Below are positions 38,396 to 48,540 of a stretch of DNA of 64,000 nucleotides, piece after piece. Where the stretch lies: the NCBI GenBank assembly GCA_947601495.1, contig CANQGE010000006.1, positions 8,190 through 72,189 on the forward strand, in the 5' to 3' direction. Every line of letters starts with the position of its first letter. Position 1 is the stretch's first letter. The notes under the pieces were generated by a model that did no database searches, was not told where the DNA came from, and saw only the letters and a program-made list of their open reading frames with translations. Made by a program: the position numbers and the translations under genes. The DNA comes from an uncultured Clostridia bacterium (lineage in GTDB: Bacteria > Bacillota > Clostridia > TANB77 > CAG-508).

Positions 38396-39637
38396 ATGAA
38401 AATAAAGAAAAAAATTTTAATAATAGCACTAATTTTTGCATTATTTTTTATATTTAATAAAGTAAGTTCATACGCTCAAGAAAATGAATTGGTTTCAATA
38501 GAGTATGATATTAAAGTTAGATCAAATGGCGATATGGATGTAGTGGAAACTTGGCAGGTTTATATAGATCAGTTAGCAAGTATACACAAATATTTTGAAA
38601 CTACAGAAGACAACACACTTAGTAATATTCAAAATATTAGACTTACTGAAGTTATTGATAATCAAGAAATAAGCTTTGAAGAAGGTACTATAACTAACGC
38701 AAATTTATCTGAAGATAATTATTTTGCGATACAAGCAAGTCCTTCAAAGATGTTTATTACCTGGAACCCAAAACAAAAAAGTACTGCTTATGTTGATACA
38801 AAAATATACAAAATATATTATACAATTAAAAATGCCTTAAAAATGTATAATGACTGCGCAGAAATTGAATGGGACTTTTTTGATTCAGAAGATTCAATGC
38901 CTGTAAAAGGGGTTGCCGGAATGATATCTTTAGAGGAATTATCAACTCGTTTCGAAAATGTTCGAGTTTGGGGCCATGATGATTTAGAGGATAAATTAGT
39001 AAAAGTTACAGAAGGTGATATTTCTTTCGACAGATCTTATCCTTATAAAACAATAGATGAATTAGGATTTAGAATTGTTACTGATACAAATATTAAATAT
39101 ACAGGGCAAAATAAAATAAATAGAAATATGCTAACATCCATTTTAGAAGAGGAACCAACTTTAATTGAATCTAGAGTAAATGATATTTATTATAATGATA
39201 ATGATGAAGACTATGATGATGACTATTATTATGGCGATTATGATTACAATTACGATTACGATGATAATAACTTAGATGATATGGATGATTGGCCGGAATT
39301 ATATGAAAATTTTTCAGGAGCATCAGAATTACTTAAGGCTCTTTTTGCTTATGTAGTAGTGCTTATAATTGTTATTACAGTCTTAAAGATTTTTGCTCCA
39401 TTTTATAAAATAGAAAATAATTTTAAATTAAAAAATAGATATAATTATTCTACCTATAGAAACAATAATTATAGAAAAAAAGCTCCAATATATGATGAAG
39501 AAATAAATACAATAACAAATGATGATGATAATGTTATAAAAGATTACAATAATAGTGCTTCTGGCTACATTGAGCTAATCTTATTTATAATATTAATTGT
39601 GGTTATTGCTTATTTTATTATTCAAAAAATAAGATAA
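38396..39637 (+). CDS. DUF2207-like membrane protein with Asp/Tyr-rich tract
   Basis: Signal peptide, YDIKVRSNGDMDVVETWQVY N-terminal domain pattern, C-terminal TM helices, low-complexity YYNDNDEDYDDDYYYGDYDYNYDYDD. Confidence 0.55.
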   Translation: MKIKKKILIIALIFALFFIFNKVSSYAQENELVSIEYDIKVRSNGDMDVVETWQVYIDQLASIHKYFETTEDNTLSNIQNIRLTEVIDNQEISFEEGTITNANLSEDNYFAIQASPSKMFITWNPKQKSTAYVDTKIYKIYYTIKNALKMYNDCAEIEWDFFDSEDSMPVKGVAGMISLEELSTRFENVRVWGHDDLEDKLVKVTEGDISFDRSYPYKTIDELGFRIVTDTNIKYTGQNKINRNMLTSILEEEPTLIESRVNDIYYNDNDEDYDDDYYYGDYDYNYDYDDNNLDDMDDWPELYENFSGASELLKALFAYVVVLIIVITVLKIFAPFYKIENNFKLKNRYNYSTYRNNNYRKKAPIYDEEINTITNDDDNVIKDYNNSASGYIELILFIILIVVIAYFIIQKIR

Positions 39638-39712
39638 TAAAACTACTTGATTTTTATAAAAAAGTATAGTAGAATTTCTATTAATGTAAGTAAAATGAAA
39701 GGAAAATATAGG

Positions 39713-39820
39713 ATGTTAAAGTTAACAAGCAAAACAAGTAACAAAATAGGTGCTAACGCTATAGGTTCAATAGTTTTATTTACAATTTCAATTTTTAAAA
39801 TTAATAATTTTTGCTATTAA
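39713..39820 (+). CDS. possible small hydrophobic peptide, 35 aa (speculative)
   Basis: AAAGGAAAA before ATG 39713; MLKLTSKTSNKIGANAIGSIVLFTISIFKINNFCY; its own hairpin terminator AAAAACACTAA/TTAGTGTTTTTTTT at 39820-39850. Confidence 0.3.
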   Translation: MLKLTSKTSNKIGANAIGSIVLFTISIFKINNFCY

Positions 39821-39909
39821 AAACACTAATTTATTTAGTGTTTTTTTTAAAATGCAATAAAACAAACCATTAAGAAAATCTAAATTCTAAATAAAGAAAG
39901 GAAGAAAAA

Positions 39910-40995
39910 ATGGTAGGGTATCTAGTACTAGAAAATGGAGAAATTTTTGAAGGAGAAAGAATTGGCTACAATGTAGATACTGCATGCGAAGTAGTATTTA
40001 ATACTGGAATGGCAGGATATATAGAAACTTTTACAGATCCTTCTTATGCTGGACAAGGTATAGTTATGACATATCCTCTAATTGGAAATTATGGAATTAT
40101 ACCAGAAGATTATGAATCAAATGGCATTTATGCAAAAGCTGTTTTCATTCATGAATTAGCAGAATTCGAGAGTAACTTTAGAAGTAAATTCAATTTAGAC
40201 AAATTTTTAAGAGACTACAAAATACCAGGACTTACAGACGTTAATACTAGAAAACTAACAAAAATACTTAGAGATGCTGGAACAATGAGAGGCTATCTTA
40301 CATCAAATATTAACAACATTGATGAAATAATGGAAACAATAAAAAAATATGATATAGGAAAAATAGTTGACAAAGTAACATCAAAAGAAGTTCAAATTTA
40401 TGGAAGAAGAAAACCTATAAGAATAGCATTAATGGATTATGGAATGAAGCACAACATAGTAAATTCTCTATTAAAAAGAGGGGCAGAAGTTACTGTTTTT
40501 CCAGCAGATACTCCAGCTGAAAAAGTAATTGCAATAAAACCAGATGGAATAATGCTTTCAAATGGACCAGGAAATCCAGAGGAGTGCACATTCCAAATAA
40601 ACACAATAAAGAAACTATATCAAACAGATATACCAATACTTGGAATTTGTTTAGGACATCAACTTATGGCTCTTGCAAATGGAGCTAAAACTGCAAAATT
40701 AAAATATGGACATAGAGGACCAAACCATCCAGTTAAAGATTTAAAGGAAAATAGAGTTCATATTACATCTCAAAATCATGGATATTATGTAGTAGAAAAC
40801 AGCGTAAATCCTAAAATTGCAGAAGTTTCTCATATTAATTTAAATGATGGAACAGTAGAAGGATTAAGATATAAGAATAAAGACATATTCACAGTTCAGT
40901 TTCATCCAGAAGCTTGTCCAGGACCAGAAGATACAGCATACATATTTGACGAATTTATAGATTTAATAAAGGAGAAAAAAGATGCCAAAAAATAA
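39910..40995 (+). CDS. carA: carbamoyl-phosphate synthase small (glutaminase) subunit
   Basis: GICLGHQ catalytic Cys motif, FHPE near C-terminus. Confidence 0.95.
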   Translation: MVGYLVLENGEIFEGERIGYNVDTACEVVFNTGMAGYIETFTDPSYAGQGIVMTYPLIGNYGIIPEDYESNGIYAKAVFIHELAEFESNFRSKFNLDKFLRDYKIPGLTDVNTRKLTKILRDAGTMRGYLTSNINNIDEIMETIKKYDIGKIVDKVTSKEVQIYGRRKPIRIALMDYGMKHNIVNSLLKRGAEVTVFPADTPAEKVIAIKPDGIMLSNGPGNPEECTFQINTIKKLYQTDIPILGICLGHQLMALANGAKTAKLKYGHRGPNHPVKDLKENRVHITSQNHGYYVVENSVNPKIAEVSHINLNDGTVEGLRYKNKDIFTVQFHPEACPGPEDTAYIFDEFIDLIKEKKDAKK

Positions 40996-43900
40996 AAATA
41001 TTAAAAAAGTTTTAGTTATTGGATCAGGACCTATTATAATAGGCCAAGCAGCAGAATTTGATTATGCTGGAACACAGGCTTGTAGAGAGCTTAAAAAAGA
41101 AGGAATAGAAGTTGTTTTAATTAACTCAAATCCAGCAACAATTATGACAGATAAAAACATGGCAGATAAAATTTACATAGAACCTCTAACAGTAGAAACA
41201 GTAAAGAAAATAATTGAAATAGAAAAACCAGATAGTATTCTTCCAAACTTAGGTGGACAAACAGGACTTAATTTGGCTATGGAACTTGCAGAATCAGGAT
41301 TTTTACAAGAAAAGAAAGTTAGACTTTTAGGAACAGGTGTAGATGGGATTAGAAATGCAGAAGATAGACAATGCTTTAAAGATATGATGGAATCTATAAA
41401 TGAGCCTTGCACAGCAAGCAAAGTTGTTCACACAGTTGAAGATGCAATAGAATTTACAAAAGAAATAGGACTACCAGTTATTATAAGACCAGCATACACC
41501 TTAGGAGGTACTGGTGGTGGAATAGCCACAACAATGGAAGAACTTGAAGAAATTGCAGGTTCTGGAATAAGAATGTCAAGAGTAAATGAAATATTAGTAG
41601 AAAAATGTATTACAGGTTGGAAAGAAATAGAATATGAAGTAATGAGAGATAGCAACGGAAACTGTATAACAATTTGTAATATGGAAAATATAGATCCAGT
41701 TGGAGTACACACAGGAGATAGTATAGTTGTTGCTCCATCACAAACTTTATCAGATAAAGAATATCAAATGCTTAGAACATCAGCTATAAAAATTATTTCT
41801 TCATTAAAAATTGAAGGTGGATGTAATGTTCAATTCGCATTAAATCCAAATAGTTTTGAATATGCAGTAATAGAAGTAAATCCTAGAGTAAGTCGTTCAT
41901 CAGCATTAGCTTCAAAAGCAACTGGTTATCCAATTGCTAAAGTTGCAACAAAAATAGCTTTAGGTTATACATTAGATGAAATTAAAAATGAAGTTACAGG
42001 AAAAACATATGCTTGCTTTGAACCAGTTCTTGACTATGTGGTAGTTAAAATACCAAAATGGCCATTTAAAAAATTCCTTACAGCAAATAGAGTTTTAGGA
42101 ACACAAATGAAAGCAACTGGTGAAGTTATGGCTATAGCTCCTAACTTAGAAGCAGGCCTAATGAAAGCAGTTCGTTCTCTTGAAGAAAATGTTGACTATT
42201 TAAGCTTAGATAAATTAAAAGACTTAGAAAAACTTGAATTAGAAGAAAGATTAAAACAAGTTGATAATGAAAGAATTTTTGTTATAGCAGAAGCAATAAG
42301 AAAAGAAATTTCTGTTGAAAGAATACATGAAATTACTACAATAGACAGATTTTTCATAGGAATTGTTTATAAATTAGTAAAAATGGAAAGAGAGCTTGAG
42401 CTTAATAAAATGAATTCTAAGATGCTTGAAAAAGCTAAAAAATTAGGATTTACAGATAAAGTAATAGCAAAACTTTCTGGAAAAACTGAAAAAGAAATTA
42501 GAGATTTAAGATTAAAAAATGGAATAGTAGCTAATTTCAAAATGGTAGATACTTGTAGTGCTGAATTTGAAGCAAAAACACCTTACTATTATTCTAGTTA
42601 TGATGATGAAAATGAAGCAAAACGAACAAATAAGAAAAAAGTTATAGTATTAGGTTCTGGTCCAATAAGAATAGGCCAAGGCATAGAATTTGATTATTGC
42701 AGTGTTCATGGAGTTTGGTCTTTAAAAAAGCAAGGATATGAAACAATAATTGTAAACAACAATCCAGAAACTGTAAGTACAGACTTTGATATAGCAGATA
42801 AATTATATTTTGAACCATTAACCCCAGAAGATGTTGAAAACATTATAGATGTTGAAAAGCCAGATGGAGCAATAGTTCAATTTGGAGGACAAACTGCTAT
42901 AAAATTAACAAAAGCTTTATCAGATATGGGTGTTCACATTATGGGAACACAAGAAGTAGACATGGATAGAGCAGAAGATAGAAAAGAATTTGATGAAGCT
43001 TTAAATAATTGTGGAATATTAAGGCCAAAAGGAAGCACAATTTACACAGTAGATGAAGCAATAAAAGTAGCAAATAACTTAGGATACCCAGTTCTGGTAA
43101 GACCTTCTTATGTTCTTGGTGGACAAGGAATGGCAATTGCTTATGATGATAAAGAAATAACAGAATATGTAAATGAAATAAACACAATAGCACAAGAACA
43201 TCCAATATTAGTAGATAAATATATAATGGGTAGAGAAGTAGAAGTTGATGCAATTTGTGATGGAGATGATGTTTTAATTCCTGGAATAATGGAGCACTTA
43301 GAAAGAGCAGGAGTTCATTCAGGAGATAGCATTTCTGTTTATCCAACACAAAATGTAGAAAAAGAGCATGAAAAAACAATAATAGAATATACTACTAAAA
43401 TTGCTAAAGAATTGAATGTAATTGGAATTTTAAATATACAATTTATTATAAGTGAAGGAAAAGTTTACATTATAGAAGTAAATCCACGTTCAAGTAGAAC
43501 AGTTCCATATATTAGTAAAGTTACAAATCTTCCAATGATAGATATTGCAACAAAAGTTATTCTTGGAGAAAAGTTAAAAGATTTAGGATATGGAACAGGA
43601 TTATATAAAAAGAGTGATTACATATGTGTTAAAATGCCAGTATTCTCTTTTGAAAAAATTAAAAATGCAGACACGAGTTTAGGACCAGAAATGAAATCAA
43701 CAGGAGAAGTTTTAGGTGTAGCTAAAAAGTTTGAAGATGCTGTTTTAAAAGCTTTTATAGGTAGTGGTGCAAATGTTTCAACAACTGGTTCAATATTAAT
43801 AACAGTAAGAGATAAAGATAAAGAAGAAATGCTTCCTATAGCTAGAAAATTTAAGAAAAAGGGATTCTCAATTTATGCAACATCAGGAACAGCAAAATTT

Positions 43901-44179
43901 TTACAACTACACGGGGTAGAATCTACTGTAATTGAAAAATTATGGGAAGGAAAAAATAGCATAATAGATTTAATAGAATCTGGAAAAATTAATTTTGTTA
44001 TAAATACTCCAACAAAAGGAAAACAAGCTAATAGAGATGGATTTAAAATTAGAAGAATGGCAGTTGAATGCAAAATACCTTGCTTTACATCATTAGATAC
44101 TGTAAATGCTTTATATCAAGCTATTGAAGATGAAACTGGAGAGCAAGATTTAACACCTGTTGACATTACCAAAATTTAA
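40982..44179 (+). CDS. carB: carbamoyl-phosphate synthase large subunit
   Basis: Duplicated ATP-grasp halves (VLVIGSGPIIIGQAAEFDY / VIVLGSGPIRIGQGIEFDY); 1065 aa; MGS-like C-terminus. Confidence 0.97.
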   Translation: MPKNKNIKKVLVIGSGPIIIGQAAEFDYAGTQACRELKKEGIEVVLINSNPATIMTDKNMADKIYIEPLTVETVKKIIEIEKPDSILPNLGGQTGLNLAMELAESGFLQEKKVRLLGTGVDGIRNAEDRQCFKDMMESINEPCTASKVVHTVEDAIEFTKEIGLPVIIRPAYTLGGTGGGIATTMEELEEIAGSGIRMSRVNEILVEKCITGWKEIEYEVMRDSNGNCITICNMENIDPVGVHTGDSIVVAPSQTLSDKEYQMLRTSAIKIISSLKIEGGCNVQFALNPNSFEYAVIEVNPRVSRSSALASKATGYPIAKVATKIALGYTLDEIKNEVTGKTYACFEPVLDYVVVKIPKWPFKKFLTANRVLGTQMKATGEVMAIAPNLEAGLMKAVRSLEENVDYLSLDKLKDLEKLELEERLKQVDNERIFVIAEAIRKEISVERIHEITTIDRFFIGIVYKLVKMERELELNKMNSKMLEKAKKLGFTDKVIAKLSGKTEKEIRDLRLKNGIVANFKMVDTCSAEFEAKTPYYYSSYDDENEAKRTNKKKVIVLGSGPIRIGQGIEFDYCSVHGVWSLKKQGYETIIVNNNPETVSTDFDIADKLYFEPLTPEDVENIIDVEKPDGAIVQFGGQTAIKLTKALSDMGVHIMGTQEVDMDRAEDRKEFDEALNNCGILRPKGSTIYTVDEAIKVANNLGYPVLVRPSYVLGGQGMAIAYDDKEITEYVNEINTIAQEHPILVDKYIMGREVEVDAICDGDDVLIPGIMEHLERAGVHSGDSISVYPTQNVEKEHEKTIIEYTTKIAKELNVIGILNIQFIISEGKVYIIEVNPRSSRTVPYISKVTNLPMIDIATKVILGEKLKDLGYGTGLYKKSDYICVKMPVFSFEKIKNADTSLGPEMKSTGEVLGVAKKFEDAVLKAFIGSGANVSTTGSILITVRDKDKEEMLPIARKFKKKGFSIYATSGTAKFLQLHGVESTVIEKLWEGKNSIIDLIESGKINFVINTPTKGKQANRDGFKIRRMAVECKIPCFTSLDTVNALYQAIEDETGEQDLTPVDITKI

Positions 44180-44193
44180 CTTAAAGTAAATCC

Positions 44194-44261
44194 TTGCAAA
44201 AAGTTGTAGAATTTTATATAATAATACAAAATCTTGTAGAATATAAAAAACAAGATTTTGT
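44194..44261 (+). promoter_or_regulatory. promoter plus perfect 12-bp inverted repeat upstream of tetR (operator or carB terminator)
   Basis: TTGCAA (44194-44199)-17-TATAAT (44217-44222); ACAAAATCTTGT (44226-44237) / ACAAGATTTTGT (44250-44261). Confidence 0.45.
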
Positions 44262-44286
44262 ATTTTTAATTTATGGGTGAAAATAT

Positions 44287-44871
44287 ATGAATAAAACCAA
44301 AAGGAAAATTTTTGAAACATCATTAAAACTTTTTTCAGAAAAAGGGTATGATGCAACTAGCATTGAAGAAATAACAGCTACTGTTGGTGTTGCAAAAGGA
44401 ACTCTATATTATCACTTTAATAGTAAAGAAGAAATATTTAATTTTCTTATTGAAGAAGGAATGAAACTTTTAAAAAATAGCATAGAAATTAAAATTTCAA
44501 AATGTGATAATGTACTTGACAAAATTAAAGCAGTTTCATTAATTCAGTTAAAGGCAGTAAAAAAATATGAAAATCTATTAACAATTGTAATGAGCCAAAC
44601 CTGGGGAAATGAAACAAGAAATGTTTTTTGCAAAGAAAAAGTTATTGAATATATTGATGTTATTAAAAACATAGTGCAAGAAGGTGTAGACAATGGAGAT
44701 ATAGTAAAATGTGATGCGGAAATATTAGCATCTGAAATTTTTTCTTTAACTTGCTCTACTCTTATATACAAAAGAAAAGTAGGAATGCAAGAAATTGACA
44801 TACAAAAAATTTATTCAGAATATGAAAAAACTTTATTTAATAAAATAGAAGTGGGAAGGAAAGAAGAATAA
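44287..44871 (+). CDS. TetR/AcrR family transcriptional regulator
   Basis: N-terminal HTH IFETSLKLFSEKGYDATSIEEITATVGVAKGTLYYHF. Confidence 0.9.
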   Translation: MNKTKRKIFETSLKLFSEKGYDATSIEEITATVGVAKGTLYYHFNSKEEIFNFLIEEGMKLLKNSIEIKISKCDNVLDKIKAVSLIQLKAVKKYENLLTIVMSQTWGNETRNVFCKEKVIEYIDVIKNIVQEGVDNGDIVKCDAEILASEIFSLTCSTLIYKRKVGMQEIDIQKIYSEYEKTLFNKIEVGRKEE

Positions 44872-44872
44872 A

Positions 44873-46609
44873 ATGGGAGAAAGAATTTACCAAGGTTGCG
44901 AAAGAATATTTAAAGCAAAAAAATTTAACAATATCAAAGAAATGATGAATAATACTAAAAAGGAATTTGGAACATCAGTTGCATTTAAATTTAAAACACC
45001 AGACGTTATGAAAACAATGACTTATGATGAATATCTTGATGATGTAAATGCTTTAGGAACTGCTTTAGTTAGTATAGGACTTAAAGATAAAAGAATAGGC
45101 GTTATATCAGAAAACAGATATGAATGGGAAGAAGCATATTTGTCAATAGTTTGTGGAACAGGAGTTGTAGTTCCACTAGATAAAGCTTTACCAGAGAATG
45201 AAATTTTTAGTTTAATGGAACGTTCTGAAATTGAAGCAATTTTTTATTCATCTAAGTATGATGAAATAATGAAAAAAGCAAAGCTTAAAAGTATAGGAAA
45301 AGTAAAATTCTTTATTTCAATGGACAATGAAGAAAAGCAGGGAGAAATATATTCACAAAAAGAATTAATAAAATTAGGAAAAGATTTAATTAAAAACGGA
45401 GCAAAAACATTTTTAGATGCTGAAATAGATAATGAAGCTATGTCAATACTTTTATTCACATCAGGAACAACAGCTGCATCTAAAGCTGTTCAATTATCTC
45501 ATAAAAATATTTGTACAAATCTTTATGATATAGGATCTGTTTTTGATTGTAATAAAGACGATACATTTTTATCTTTTTTACCGTTACACCATGTTTTTGA
45601 GTGCACAGTAGGATTTTTATATCCAGTAAGTGTAGGTGCTTCCATTGTATTCTGTTCAGGAATTAGACATATTGCAGAAAATTTAAAAGATTATCAAGTT
45701 AGTGTTATGATTTCTGTTCCTGTTCTATTTGAAAGTATGTATAAAAAAGTAATGAAATCAATTGAAGAAAAAGGAAAATTAGGAACTGTAAAATTTGGAA
45801 GAAAATTAGGAAATGCATTAAAATTTTTAGGAATTGATATAAGAAAAAAATTGTTTAAAGAAATACATGAAAACTTAGGCGGAAAAGTAAGATTATTTGT
45901 TGCAGGTGCAGCAGCATTTGACAAAGAAGTTGAAAAAGCATTTAACGAAATGGGAATAGATACATTCCAAGGTTATGGATTAAGTGAAGCATCTCCAGTT
46001 GTTGCAGCAGAACATAAAACTTGTACAAAACTAGGTTCAATTGGACAGCCTTTTCCTAGTTTACAAGCAAAAATAATAGAACCAAATGAATTGGGAATTG
46101 GAGAGCTTGCCGTTAAAGGCGATAGCGTTATGTTAGGATATTATAATTATTTTGAAAAAGGAGTTACAGATGACGGATGGCTACTTACAGGAGATTTAGG
46201 ATATATTGATAGTGAAGGATTCATTTTTTTAACAGGTCGTAAAAAGAGTGTTATAGTGTTAAAAAATGGAAAAAATGTATATCCAGAAGAAATAGAAACT
46301 TTAATAGATAAAATTCCTGGAGTAAAAGAATCTTTTGTATTTGGAAGACCAGAAAAAGATGACGAAAGCACTGTAAAACTTGGAGTTAAAATTGTTTATG
46401 ATAAAGAAATTGTAAAAGAGCAGTATAAAGTAGAAAACATCGAAGAAATAAGAAAAGTTTTATGGGAAAAAGTAAAAGAAGTAAACAGAAAAATGCCAAC
46501 ATATAAATACATAAAAGAAATGATTTTAACAGAAGAAGAACTAATAAAAACAACTACATTAAAGGTAAAAAGATTTGAAGAAATCAAAACTGTTTTAGAA
46601 GTAAAATAA
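44873..46609 (+). CDS. long-chain fatty acid--CoA ligase (AMP-binding enzyme)
   Basis: AMP-binding motif LLFTSGTTAASKAV, YGLSEA, TGDLG...GR.K motifs. Confidence 0.88.
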   Translation: MGERIYQGCERIFKAKKFNNIKEMMNNTKKEFGTSVAFKFKTPDVMKTMTYDEYLDDVNALGTALVSIGLKDKRIGVISENRYEWEEAYLSIVCGTGVVVPLDKALPENEIFSLMERSEIEAIFYSSKYDEIMKKAKLKSIGKVKFFISMDNEEKQGEIYSQKELIKLGKDLIKNGAKTFLDAEIDNEAMSILLFTSGTTAASKAVQLSHKNICTNLYDIGSVFDCNKDDTFLSFLPLHHVFECTVGFLYPVSVGASIVFCSGIRHIAENLKDYQVSVMISVPVLFESMYKKVMKSIEEKGKLGTVKFGRKLGNALKFLGIDIRKKLFKEIHENLGGKVRLFVAGAAAFDKEVEKAFNEMGIDTFQGYGLSEASPVVAAEHKTCTKLGSIGQPFPSLQAKIIEPNELGIGELAVKGDSVMLGYYNYFEKGVTDDGWLLTGDLGYIDSEGFIFLTGRKKSVIVLKNGKNVYPEEIETLIDKIPGVKESFVFGRPEKDDESTVKLGVKIVYDKEIVKEQYKVENIEEIRKVLWEKVKEVNRKMPTYKYIKEMILTEEELIKTTTLKVKRFEEIKTVLEVK

Positions 46610-46751
46610 TATTACAAAATGTTACAAAAAATAAACAATTGTGTAATAAAAATGTAATAGAAAAAGTCGAAAAAACTCTTGTGGTTTTACGGAAAACGAT
46701 ATATAATAACTTTAGTATTTGATTAGATTGTTACGAAGGAGGTAGTTTACA

Positions 46752-47684
46752 GTGTCATTTTTTAATAAATCAGGCATAGTAAACGTGAAGATGGTGATCA
46801 CGGAAGAGAAAATATTATCAAACATCGATAAAATTCAAAAATTAATAAATCCAAATAGTAAAAAACAAATAGTTCAACTAGAAGATGATTCATACTTTAA
46901 GGATTTAGTAGAATCAATAAAAACATATCTTTTAGAATATCCTAATAAAAAGAACTTTCCAAGTAGTGTTTATAAAGCTGCTTATGATTTAGTTGAATAT
47001 GCAACAAATCAATTCGAGGAAAATACTAAAAAAATAGAAGAATTAATAAGACAAAGAGAGAAAAACATAAAATTAGCTAGTATTTTAAGAGATGCTACAG
47101 CGGCAGTTGAAGCAAAAGCTAAAAATTGGAAAGAAATTGTTAAGAAAGTTGAAGCAAAATATCCAGCAGATGTTGCAGAAGCATTAACAATAATAGGAAA
47201 ATCTAAAGATAAAGAATCTGAAGAATATGAAAATGCTTTAAAATTAATTGAAGCAAAAGCAAACAACTTAGAAGGCAACTTACATATCGAAATAGATATG
47301 GAAAGAATAGAAGATAGAAGCAAAGCTTTAAGCTATATTGGAATTGAAGTTGCAGAAGCATTAAAATATATTCCAGCTCCATTAGATGATGGAATATTAG
47401 ATGCTAAGATTCAAGAAAATACAAATCAATCAGTTATAGAAGAAATTGATGGACTAGAAGATAATAAAGAAGAAGTAGAAGAAGATGCAGAAGAAACTGC
47501 AGAGCAAAATGGTGCTATGGCTGAAATGGATACATATTTTGAAGAAACTAGATTTGAAGCAAAACCTTCTTTGTGGCAAAGAATCAAAAACAGTAAATTC
47601 GTTAGAACTATTAGATATATAATGCAAATAAGAGTTGTATTAGATTATCCAGCTTTACCAGAAGGAAAAGGAGATAATTATTAA
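46752..47684 (+). CDS. hypothetical protein, 310 aa
   Basis: GTG start 9 nt after GGAGG; helical, acidic; no family recognised. Confidence 0.55.
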   Translation: MSFFNKSGIVNVKMVITEEKILSNIDKIQKLINPNSKKQIVQLEDDSYFKDLVESIKTYLLEYPNKKNFPSSVYKAAYDLVEYATNQFEENTKKIEELIRQREKNIKLASILRDATAAVEAKAKNWKEIVKKVEAKYPADVAEALTIIGKSKDKESEEYENALKLIEAKANNLEGNLHIEIDMERIEDRSKALSYIGIEVAEALKYIPAPLDDGILDAKIQENTNQSVIEEIDGLEDNKEEVEEDAEETAEQNGAMAEMDTYFEETRFEAKPSLWQRIKNSKFVRTIRYIMQIRVVLDYPALPEGKGDNY

Positions 47685-47695
47685 TATAAAACATA

Positions 47696-47727
47696 TTTAA
47701 AAAAGTAGCTATATGCTACTTTTTTTG
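47696..47727 (+). terminator. rho-independent terminator
   Basis: AGTAGC / GCTACT stem extended by an A-run and T7. Confidence 0.7.
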
Positions 47728-47740
47728 TTTTGCACATTTT

Positions 47741-47943
47741 TTTAAAATAATTTTATTTAAAAAAATATTTTTATATAACGATTCTGTCTCTTAATGTATT
47801 TTATCTTTTTAATAAGTAACTTGGTGTCGCAATCTTCTTTTTTTAAAATAATTTTATTTAAAAAAATATTTTTATATAACAATTTTGTCTCTTAATGTAT
47901 TTTATCTTTTTTATAAGTAACTTGGTGTCGCAATCTTTTTTTT
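47741..47943 (+). repeat. two-unit tandem duplication (about 101-102 bp) of the left arm plus left core of repeat copy 2
   Basis: TTTAAAATAATTTTATTTAAAAAAATATTTTTATATAAC(G/A)ATT(C/T)TGTCTCTTAATGTATTTTATCTTTT..ATAAGTAACTTGGTGTCGCAATCTT occurs at 47741 and again at 47843 with a few substitutions. Confidence 0.88.
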
Positions 47944-48052
47944 TTTTTGAAATTAATTAAAAGGAAGATTGCTCCAATCGCCCTTCGCTTACGCTTCGGT
48001 TGGTCGCTTACGCGTTACTTATTCAAAAGATAAAATACATTAAGAGACAAAA
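47884..48052 (+). repeat. structured intergenic repeat, copy 2
   Basis: Arms 47884-47921 / 48014-48052 are reverse complements (about 36 of 39); core 47922-48013 is near-identical to copies 1 and 3. Confidence 0.88.
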
Positions 48053-48095
48053 TCTTTGAAAAAGAAATATAAAAAAATATTTAAATAAAAAAATA

Positions 48096-48145
48096 TTGAC
48101 AAAAAGAAGTATTTTATTTATAATGAATATATGAACAATTATTCA
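48096..48145 (+). promoter_or_regulatory. cadC-cadA promoter with dyad TGAACAATTATTCA (candidate ArsR/SmtB operator)
   Basis: TTGACA (48096-48101)-17-TATAAT (48119-48124); imperfect dyad 48132-48145 just downstream. Confidence 0.5.
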
Positions 48146-48180
48146 AATATTCAAATATAATAATACAAAGGAGCAAAAAT

Positions 48181-48540
48181 ATGAATGAAGAATTAAATAA
48201 TGAAGACATTCAAATTGTAGATGAAGAAAAAGTTTCTAGAGTAAGAGAAACACTTCCAAATGATGAATTAATTTTTGATTTAGCAGAACTTTTTAAAGTT
48301 TTTGGAGACTCTACAAGAATGAAAATTATATGTGCATTGTTAGAAGAAGAACTATGTGTTGGAGATATTGCTTGCATTACAAATTCAACTGCTTCTGCAA
48401 TTTCACATCAATTAAGAGTTTTAAAGCAATCTAAATTAGTTAAATATAGAAAAGAAGGAAAGACAGTATATTATTCTCTAGATGATGATCACGTTAAACA
48501 AATATTTGAGAAAGGACGTGAGCACATTGAAGAAATATAG
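48181..48540 (+). CDS. cadC: ArsR/SmtB family metalloregulator (CadC-like)
   Basis: ELCVGDIACITNSTASAISHQLRVLKQSKLV winged-HTH signature; precedes the P-type ATPase. Confidence 0.85.
   Translation: MNEELNNEDIQIVDEEKVSRVRETLPNDELIFDLAELFKVFGDSTRMKIICALLEEELCVGDIACITNSTASAISHQLRVLKQSKLVKYRKEGKTVYYSLDDDHVKQIFEKGREHIEEI

Noticed and set aside
47741-47943. Whether the 101-bp tandem repeat is a CRISPR array or minisatellite
   Set aside because: There are only two units, contiguous with no spacers, and the units are simply the duplicated left arm of the structured repeat. No cas genes are present in the window.
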